This document shows, piece after piece, positions 1-6,600 of a stretch of DNA of 32,000 nucleotides. Position 1 is the stretch's first letter; each line of letters begins with the position of its first letter. The translations under genes were made by a program, and so were the position numbers. The stretch lies in assembly GCA_964354495.1 (NCBI GenBank), contig CAYHAA010000003.1, positions 70,507 through 102,506 on the forward strand, given 5' to 3'. This DNA is from an uncultured archaeon. Lineage in GTDB: Archaea > Asgardarchaeota > Thorarchaeia > Thorarchaeales > Thorarchaeaceae. The notes under the pieces were generated by a model. The model saw nothing but the letters and a program-made list of their open reading frames with translations. It ran no database searches and was not told where the DNA came from.

Positions 1-81
1 AGGCTTCGCAGCGATTGTTCTATGATAATGGAGTTTATTTGTGAGAGTCTAGCCAATGGTCAGATGATGTGTGTGAGCTAA

Positions 82-1056
82 ATGATAAAGACCAGCGTAA
101 CTGAGATGTTAGGATGCAAATATCCGATTGTGGCGGGAACCATGGCAAGGATATCTGGTCCCGAGTTTGTCGCGGCAGCGAGTAATGCAGGTGCCTGTGC
201 TGTATTGGCCAGCGCAAACTACAGGTCTCCTGATGCGCTGCGTGACGCAATTAGAGAGACGCAATCCCTTACAGACCAACCATTTGCAGTAAATATCAAT
301 CTATTTCCTGCAATAATGCCTCAGGACAAACTGGAAGACTATGTGGACGCCACACTGGCCGAGGGTGTGAAGATCATTGAAACGAGTGGTCACAAGGCTC
401 CTGAGAGTCTGGCCCCAAAATTCAAGAATAGTGGCGCAGTCTGGATTCACAAATGTGCCGGAGTGAGGTACGCGAAAAAGGGAGCATCCCTGGGTGCAGA
501 CATAATCACAGTCGTTGGATATGAGAATGGGGGAGCTACTGGAATCCTGGACATTGGAACGATGGTGATGATTCCATCTGTAGTTGATGCTGTAGATGTT
601 CCCGTAATTGCCGGGGGTGGAATATCCGATGGCAGAGGTGTTGCCGCGGCCTTCGCACTGGGTGCTGAAGGAGTAATCATGGGCACAAGGATGATGGCCA
701 CAAGAGAGTGTCCTATCCATGACAACCTCAAGCAGGCCTTTGTCAAGGCAGCGGAAACTGATACCGTTCTCACTCTGCGTTCTGTTGGAAACACCCACAG
801 ATTCTGGAATAATAAGGCAGCGCAGCAGGTACTTGAACTGGAGGCTCAAAAAGCACCACTGTTCGCACTCATTCAGGCTGCCTCTGGAGACAAGTCACAA
901 GAGATGTACAGGAATGGAGATATCGACCTCGGGGTTGTGAGCTGTGGCCAGGGTGTGGGTCTGATAAGAGACATTCCCACTGTCAAGGAGTTGTTAGATA
1001 GAGTAATGGGTGAGGCTGGAGAGATAATCTCACGACTTCATAGTAGATTCAAGTAG
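82..1056 (+). CDS. Nitronate monooxygenase / FabK-like FMN-dependent oxidoreductase (2-nitropropane dioxygenase family)
   Basis: 324 aa with family motifs YPIVAGTM, T.QPFAVNI, G.ENGG, VPVIAGGGISDGRG.AAA.ALGAEGV.MGTR, ATRECPIH, CGQGVGLI.DIP. Confidence 0.9.
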   Translation: MIKTSVTEMLGCKYPIVAGTMARISGPEFVAAASNAGACAVLASANYRSPDALRDAIRETQSLTDQPFAVNINLFPAIMPQDKLEDYVDATLAEGVKIIETSGHKAPESLAPKFKNSGAVWIHKCAGVRYAKKGASLGADIITVVGYENGGATGILDIGTMVMIPSVVDAVDVPVIAGGGISDGRGVAAAFALGAEGVIMGTRMMATRECPIHDNLKQAFVKAAETDTVLTLRSVGNTHRFWNNKAAQQVLELEAQKAPLFALIQAASGDKSQEMYRNGDIDLGVVSCGQGVGLIRDIPTVKELLDRVMGEAGEIISRLHSRFK

Positions 1057-1068
1057 AATAGACAGAGA

Positions 1069-1100
1069 GAAGAATGTCTGGCCAGACGGGATTTGAACCC
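1069..1100 (-). repeat. tRNA 3'-end relic 1 (att-like remnant)
   Basis: Reverse complement of 1079-1100 is GGGTTCAAATCCCGTCTGGCCA (T-loop plus acceptor 3' strand; 18 of the first 21 nt match the tRNA at 6462-6482). Shares GAAGAATG flank with relic 2. Confidence 0.6.
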
Positions 1101-1154
1101 TTGAACCTTTATTTCTAGAGTGCCGTTGAAATCAATATGTGTGAGTGAACAACA

Positions 1155-1901
1155 ATGGAGAAATGGAAGTACTTTGACATTACGCACAAATTTCATGTCT
1201 TTTGTAATCCGATGAGTGAAGAGAAGTTCGAACGCCTCTGTAGTCTTCTCAATTTACCAAGAGAAGCTCGAGTTCTTGATATCGCATGTGGAAAAGGTGA
1301 GGTCCTAGTAAGGTTAGCAGAGAAATATGATATCTCAGGTGTGGGGGTTGATTTATCCCCATTTTGTATCAATGACTGTAGGAAGAAGCATCTTGAGAGA
1401 GCTCCAGAAACCGATCTGATATTCATAGAATTAGACGGTGCTAAGTATCAACCAGCACCTGGTGAACTATTCGACGTTGCAATGTGTGTGGGAGCAAGCT
1501 GGATATTCGAAGATCATGCTGGCACACTTCGAGCACTCAAAAAGATGACGCGACCTGGAGGGCTTGTTATTGTTGGCGAACCATTTTGGTTGAAAGAGCC
1601 TGATGCGGAATATCTTGAAACATCTAAAATGACTCATGATTCTTTTCGGTTGCATGCAAAGAACGTGTTACAAGGTGAAGAGATGGGACTCAACTGCCTC
1701 TATACACTTGTGTCTAACAAAGGTGATTGGGATCACTATGAAACTCTTCAGTGGTGGGCTGTTGATAATTATATCCAATCACATAGAGATGATCCAGACA
1801 ATCAGGAGCTCCTTGAAAAGACCAAGATGGAGAAAGAACTCTATCTAAGGTGGGGCAGAGATACTCTCAACTGGGGAGTGTATATCTTTAGAAGTCCATA
1901 G
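1155..1901 (+). CDS. Class I SAM-dependent methyltransferase
   Basis: 248 aa; motif I VLDIACGKG, GVGVDLSP, FDVAMCVGA, RPGGLVIVGE. Confidence 0.9.
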   Translation: MEKWKYFDITHKFHVFCNPMSEEKFERLCSLLNLPREARVLDIACGKGEVLVRLAEKYDISGVGVDLSPFCINDCRKKHLERAPETDLIFIELDGAKYQPAPGELFDVAMCVGASWIFEDHAGTLRALKKMTRPGGLVIVGEPFWLKEPDAEYLETSKMTHDSFRLHAKNVLQGEEMGLNCLYTLVSNKGDWDHYETLQWWAVDNYIQSHRDDPDNQELLEKTKMEKELYLRWGRDTLNWGVYIFRSP

Positions 1902-1963
1902 AAGTAAGTGCTGGACCGGGGGAGGTTTTTGGCAATCTGTTGATATTCCTTGGATGGCATGAA

Positions 1964-2004
1964 GAAGAATGCAAAATAGATGGCGGGCTAGACAGGACTT
2001 GAAC
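1964..2004 (-). repeat. tRNA 3'-end relic 2 including CCA and trailer (att-like remnant)
   Basis: Reverse complement reads GTTCAAGTCCTGTCTAGCCCGCCA-TCTATTTTG; 18/24 identical to tRNA-Lys 3' end (6464-6487) and similar to its trailer TCTTCATTTTG. Confidence 0.7.
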
Positions 2005-2029
2005 GACATTGTGAAGTCAATTCTAATCC

Positions 2030-2467
2030 CTAAATATCCAATTTGACTTCGACATCCTGTTCATTATACCAGTCAATATCTTGTTGAATACGATAGGCGA
2101 CCTCTTTGTTTGTTTGCCATGCTCTATCTGTATAGATGAACTTGTTTCCGTAGCCATATTTCAGGAAAATCCGATTCTTGATGATCTCCAGTTTCTGATT
2201 GAATAAGTGCTCTGCTACATTGTAATCAAGTGACCATAAAGTATGATTGTTAACTATGGCAACATGCAATCTTGCTTTTTTCGGCTGACTCTTTGTTGGT
2301 TGTTTTGCTGTTAACGCTTTAAGTCTTCTCGCAGATGCTGTTTCTTTTTTTCGAGGTTTATGGGGTTTACTCACCTTTCGCCCTCCTAACCCAATAGGTG
2401 TGTCACTTTCTTTTAGATATTTCATCTCGGACTTGTAAGATAATGGGGCATACCCAATCTCATCCAA
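2030..2467 (-). CDS. Hypothetical protein (basic N-terminal half)
   Basis: 145-codon ORF starting 14 bp downstream of the AbiV-family stop, same strand; TTG start; no recognisable motif. Confidence 0.5.
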   Translation of the reverse strand: MDEIGYAPLSYKSEMKYLKESDTPIGLGGRKVSKPHKPRKKETASARRLKALTAKQPTKSQPKKARLHVAIVNNHTLWSLDYNVAEHLFNQKLEIIKNRIFLKYGYGNKFIYTDRAWQTNKEVAYRIQQDIDWYNEQDVEVKLDI

Positions 2468-2481
2468 ACTCAGAAGTCAGA

Positions 2482-3243
2482 TTAATCCTTCCTTCTCTCT
2501 TTCTCGAACAATTCGAATCTTTCATCACTGATATAGGCTCTCGCTAAGGATGAAATGATCTTCCCAACGACGCCATATTTTTCCATCCTCCTATCAAGAT
2601 CCTCCAGATCATTCACCTCATCTTTTTGAACCTGTCTGAGTGAATGAGCTATCTCTTTCAGTTCGCTCTTCGCACTTTCTCTCTCCTGTTCTGGAATTTT
2701 ATCAACTTGGGATAGTATCCTGACAACTTCCTTGACCGAGTCTAATTGAGTTCTAAGTAATTGCTGTGCAAATTTCACAGAGGTCTTGTTCATTGCCGAT
2801 GGAAACCACATTGGACTTCGGAAGGCATCAACATAGAACCCGTCATTCTTCATCTGTTCTAGTTTTTCTGTAATCGCAAAAGTTGTTCCCTCTTGAAGCT
2901 CTTTTCTTGAAGGCATACCTATCTCTTTTCTTTCTTTCTCAGATAGTGCATCAATTATCGCTTCTAGTGAGATTCTTAATTCCAAAGCGAAAGTCTGTTT
3001 CCAGAAATGGGAAGTCAACTGTTTTTGTAGCAGTATCAAATCAGCTTTGGCAAAGAATCCATCAAAAATCGGATGATATTTCGTCAGTTGATAGGCTTTC
3101 ATTGCTTCTTCATATCCCAAAATTGCCAAACTAACGGCAGAAGCAAAACTTCCTTTCTTTTCCAATGTCTCTGAATCCTTTAGAAGTCTTTGAGCATTAG
3201 TATATGTGCGCTGAATGGCTTCTTGGATATCTTTCTGATTCAT
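2482..3243 (-). CDS. AbiV-family abortive infection protein (HEPN-related fold)
   Basis: N-terminal signature NAQRLLKDSETL..KG.FASAVSLAILGYEEAMKA, central H.WKQ and KNDGFYVD; AGGAGGT RBS upstream. Confidence 0.75.
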   Translation of the reverse strand: MNQKDIQEAIQRTYTNAQRLLKDSETLEKKGSFASAVSLAILGYEEAMKAYQLTKYHPIFDGFFAKADLILLQKQLTSHFWKQTFALELRISLEAIIDALSEKERKEIGMPSRKELQEGTTFAITEKLEQMKNDGFYVDAFRSPMWFPSAMNKTSVKFAQQLLRTQLDSVKEVVRILSQVDKIPEQERESAKSELKEIAHSLRQVQKDEVNDLEDLDRRMEKYGVVGKIISSLARAYISDERFELFEKERRKD

Positions 3244-3250
3244 CGTGCTG

Positions 3251-3257
3251 ACCTCCT
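3251..3257 (-). promoter_or_regulatory. Shine-Dalgarno site AGGAGGT of the AbiV-family gene
   Basis: ACCTCCT on + strand, 7 nt upstream of the ATG at 3243. Confidence 0.7.
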
Positions 3258-3355
3258 ACCTTCGTGATTTCCTGGCTAAGAATCACCGAGTGGTTTCTTT
3301 TTATAACCAAATACCATAACCAACTCATAAAATTGTAGGCTTTGAGGGTGAAGTA

Positions 3356-4372
3356 TTGACGAGGTCTAATTCAGTGAGTTCTGCGATTAAGAGAAGGGTT
3401 AGGGAGAGGAAAATTCGGAAACTAGCACGTATGGATACAAGAATCGATATTTCGCTTGACGATTTCTACAAGTATCAACAAAGTAAGATGTTGCGGGTTT
3501 TCGAAATATCTAGACATGAGAAACCTGATTCAAGTCTGGATATGGTTAGAAGTCTTAGATACATACAAAATCTGGTACAGATTCTACCAATGTGTGCCGA
3601 GGATCCTGAAACTCTTTTCAATATATTTTCCGTTACGATACTCCCAAGTGCCCGAATGACAGATTCCCTGAATATGCTTGAGGACTCAATTGTACTTGCG
3701 CTAACAGGACGCTATTCAGCAGCTCATACGTTATTACGTTTAGCTTTCGAAAGCCTCATTGTGGGAGGATTCTATCATGTAGTTGCCTATAATCAAACTA
3801 AGATGATACCTCAAATCAGAACTTTCAATGGGTGGGGCAACTATCCAAAACCGTTTGGAGAAATGGTTGAGAATATTCTGGAAAATCTCACTCCAAAAGA
3901 AAGAAGATTCACTTCCTTTATGCTAGAAAGCAAGATTGAGGAAGTCTTTCGAAACCATCAACCAAAACTAATTCCGCCTAGTTTCTCACTTATGCTATTT
4001 CAAGTCTGTGAATTCTATCCTCTGATAACTCCGAAGTATAAGAAATTCGTTCAAGATTTATACAGTGACCTGTCAACATATGTTCATACGATGAAAGATG
4101 CATCGTATGAAATAGGAAATTGGAAATTGGGCGTAGTATTTTCAGCCGAAAAACTCCAAGTCTTTCAATCGACATTTCTCACTGCACTGGATATGATTAG
4201 TTATCTGTATAATGTCATAATGGCGGCTAGCTATTCCTTTCCTGATGTTGTCTTGCATACTATTGATTTTATGGACAGGTTCAAGGTGGAAGGAGAGAGT
4301 CTGAGATTAACTAATTTCATTATTACTGCTCTTTGCAATCTCACTTCAGAACATAGTGAATCAGAGAATTAA
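3356..4372 (+). CDS. HEPN-like protein (DUF5677/Cthe_2314-like helical pattern)
   Basis: 338 aa (alternative ATG at 3431); LALTGRYSAAHTLLRLAFES helix and C-terminal LYSDLSTYVH motif typical of this HEPN group. Confidence 0.6.
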   Translation: MTRSNSVSSAIKRRVRERKIRKLARMDTRIDISLDDFYKYQQSKMLRVFEISRHEKPDSSLDMVRSLRYIQNLVQILPMCAEDPETLFNIFSVTILPSARMTDSLNMLEDSIVLALTGRYSAAHTLLRLAFESLIVGGFYHVVAYNQTKMIPQIRTFNGWGNYPKPFGEMVENILENLTPKERRFTSFMLESKIEEVFRNHQPKLIPPSFSLMLFQVCEFYPLITPKYKKFVQDLYSDLSTYVHTMKDASYEIGNWKLGVVFSAEKLQVFQSTFLTALDMISYLYNVIMAASYSFPDVVLHTIDFMDRFKVEGESLRLTNFIITALCNLTSEHSESEN

Positions 4373-4600
4373 GAATAACGTACCTATGCTCTAGAGGAAT
4401 TTACTCCGGAACATCCGTGTAATCAGAGCAGCGTAATAAAGAGAGAAGCAGGAGAAGTTGGATGAGTACACTGGCACAGAATACCCCTGGTGATGTAGGG
4501 AAGTTGTGTCTCCCTCGCATCAGGGATGAGAAGTTCATTGACCTTAGGAAGAAGTAAGAGGTTATTGACTAGTGGATAATTCTGGTACAGACACATGTGC

Positions 4601-4747
4601 ATGACACACACTTATCACTGTGGTGGCTCTATGAATGTTCACTACGAGCAGCGTAGAAAGGAGGGTGGTGAACCCAGATTCCTTCCAGTGGGATACAAGT
4701 GCAACAAGTGTGGAGAAGTCATCTACGATGAGAGTACTGGGTCATGA
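4601..4747 (+). CDS. Small Zn-ribbon-like protein, 48 aa (absent from the ORF track)
   Basis: Manual translation MTHTYHCGGSMNVHYEQRRKEGGEPRFLPVGYKCNKCGEVIYDESTGS*; HCGG and CNKCG knuckles. Confidence 0.55.
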   Translation: MTHTYHCGGSMNVHYEQRRKEGGEPRFLPVGYKCNKCGEVIYDESTGS

Positions 4748-4820
4748 TCTCCTTCGATCCTAATTTCCTTTGGTTTAGCTCGAGCTGTGGAATGTTCAGT
4801 TTTCCAAATGATAGCAAAAC

Positions 4821-6077
4821 TCACTCACGAAGGGGAGAATCTGGCCAGCCTCCAGCATTCCACATGGTTGTTATGACGGGATGAAGAAGAACTGCTATGT
4901 TGTCGTCATAGTCTTGGAGCAGGACCTCCGGAAATAGTAGACTAGCTTGAACGATGCCTTCGAAAGGAAGTGTGTCACTCCTGTATGAAGTGATAGCTTC
5001 TCCGGTTCCAATACGATATCCAAGTTTACAGCCCTTTACTCTTAACATACTAATCATGATGAGTATAGGGGGGTTCACTCCAATAGTTTGCAGTAGCTTG
5101 AGATAGCTCGGGATGTATTGAAGAACTAATTCTTCAATATCCTCTCCAATGATGATTGTTTCCTTAAGGTATCTCAACACCCGTAATGCTTCAATACTAC
5201 CATTTCGAAAGAACTGCGTGTATGCATTGGCAATGTGCCTATTGCCGATGAACGTTCCTGGGCTTCCTCCCAAACTCCATCGAAGATATCCATCGAGGTT
5301 GTAGAGATAGGTAGAACCTCCCAGCCTCATTGGCTCAAGTAATTCTTCTCTGGAAACCACTTTTTCAAGTTCAAAGGATTGGGCAGGGGTGAATGCATCT
5401 AGAGGCACGAGGTGAACGACAATCAACGGTCCATCATCAATGAGTAGTGGTGCTCTGTCCTCCAAGATAGCCTCTATCCGTTCTGCCCTAAAATCTCTAA
5501 TCTTGTCCACGATAGATTCAGAGGCCAAGAATGCTCTTCGCAGATCGTGAACATCAAGCTGATATTTCCCTCTCGAGTCTCTTGAATAGAATTTGTCATG
5601 GCTGCTAAACGTGACTCTATGAGGAGCCGCCCAGCTCCTCGGGATTCTAATGACAATTGCAAATCCTGTTGAACTGAGCCTTACTTCTCCAATCTCTATA
5701 TTATGAATCCGAGGACTGATACCATCTCGTATCTTCTGTTCAAGCTGCAAGATGACTGCATCGGGATTGGTAAGGATTAAGGGAGTAAGACTCACAGGAA
5801 TACCTTTGTTCTCATTCATCCCAAAGACCAGATGCCCTCCAGAAGCATTTGCAAAGGATGACACATCGCTCAGGAGCTCTATCGATCCTGGTCTGTCGTT
5901 GCTATGCAGCTCTTTCTTGTAATCAATCAACTTTGTTTCTGAGTCTTGATGCTCGATCAGCTCCAAGAGGTCTCCCTCTGTTATTTCATTAATTGGCCTG
6001 TGACGAATATGCATACTACCTTGCTCCATTCTTTGTTTTTCTATCTTACATTGAAACATAAAGAAGCCCGAATGCAT
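4821..6077 (-). CDS. Schlafen/AlbA_2-domain protein with uncharacterised C-terminal domain (likely start ATG 6014)
   Basis: ETKLIDYKKEL...ELLSDVSSFANASGGHLVFGMNE is the AlbA_2 core; later IVIRIPRS..APH...FYSR. Confidence 0.85.
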   Translation of the reverse strand: MHSGFFMFQCKIEKQRMEQGSMHIRHRPINEITEGDLLELIEHQDSETKLIDYKKELHSNDRPGSIELLSDVSSFANASGGHLVFGMNENKGIPVSLTPLILTNPDAVILQLEQKIRDGISPRIHNIEIGEVRLSSTGFAIVIRIPRSWAAPHRVTFSSHDKFYSRDSRGKYQLDVHDLRRAFLASESIVDKIRDFRAERIEAILEDRAPLLIDDGPLIVVHLVPLDAFTPAQSFELEKVVSREELLEPMRLGGSTYLYNLDGYLRWSLGGSPGTFIGNRHIANAYTQFFRNGSIEALRVLRYLKETIIIGEDIEELVLQYIPSYLKLLQTIGVNPPILIMISMLRVKGCKLGYRIGTGEAITSYRSDTLPFEGIVQASLLFPEVLLQDYDDNIAVLLHPVITTMWNAGGWPDSPLRE

Positions 6078-6118
6078 ATAATTCTAGCAGCCAGTGGTTT
6101 GAAGGTGCACAACCTCAA

Positions 6119-6325
6119 GTGACACAAAATTCCATTTTGAATAAGCTTCGAACTCCTGGATTTGATATCGAAGAAGTTTCACACATTCCGGGCAAAGTAG
6201 AAGACGCACTCGTAATAGAGAGTGGTGAACTTGTACGTTGGTTCTATCTAATCCCCCAAGAAGAACTTTCAAAAGAATGTGAAAAGGAAATGAATGAACT
6301 TGCAAAGAAACTCAGTGATGGATAG
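6119..6325 (+). CDS. Hypothetical small protein or gene fragment
   Basis: 68-codon ORF with GTG start filling the gap before the tRNA; no motif. Confidence 0.35.
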   Translation: MTQNSILNKLRTPGFDIEEVSHIPGKVEDALVIESGELVRWFYLIPQEELSKECEKEMNELAKKLSDG

Positions 6326-6379
6326 CTAGGATTGTTCCGAAACCTCTATAACCGAAAAACCTGCAGACTCGAACGATTT

Positions 6380-6487
6380 GGGCCGATTGCTCAGCCAGGT
6401 AGAGCGGCAGGCTCTTAACTTGTAGAGCATGGGAATTCTCCCTTGTTCGAGGAGTGGTCGCGGGTTCAAATCCCGCTCGGCCCGCCA
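6380..6487 (+). tRNA. tRNA-Lys(CTT) with a 31-nt intron at a non-canonical position (variable-loop boundary) and encoded CCA
   Basis: Acceptor GGGCCGA/TCGGCCC, D-arm GCTC/GAGC, anticodon stem GCAGG/CTTGT with loop CT-CTT-AA (anticodon 6414-6416), T-arm GCGGG-TTCAAAT-CCCGC, G73 and CCA; 31 extra nt between 6424 and 6456. Confidence 0.9.
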
Positions 6488-6530
6488 TCTTCATTTTGAT
6501 AGACCAAATCATCCTGCTGAGCCACCAGCC

Positions 6531-6600
6531 GATCATTGTTAGTTGGAACAGCGTTGACACAAAGGTCAAGCTGACCGTCCAGGAACGGCACTGGACACTT
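6531..6600 (-). ncRNA. Putative omega/reRNA scaffold 3' part overlapping the tnpB stop
   Basis: Hairpins GTCCAG/CTGGAC (6577-6596) and GGTCA/TGACC (6564-6576), alternative TTGAC/GTCAA pairing, GTCAA at 6558-6554; position matches known TnpB reRNA overlap; boundaries uncertain. Confidence 0.4.

Noticed and set aside
1909-1925. Third tRNA-like 3' fragment (reverse complement CTCCCCCGGTCCAGCAC)
   Set aside because: No TTCRA T-loop; too short to distinguish from chance.
4462-4557. 31-aa ORF with GGAG upstream
   Set aside because: Too short and motif-free to support.
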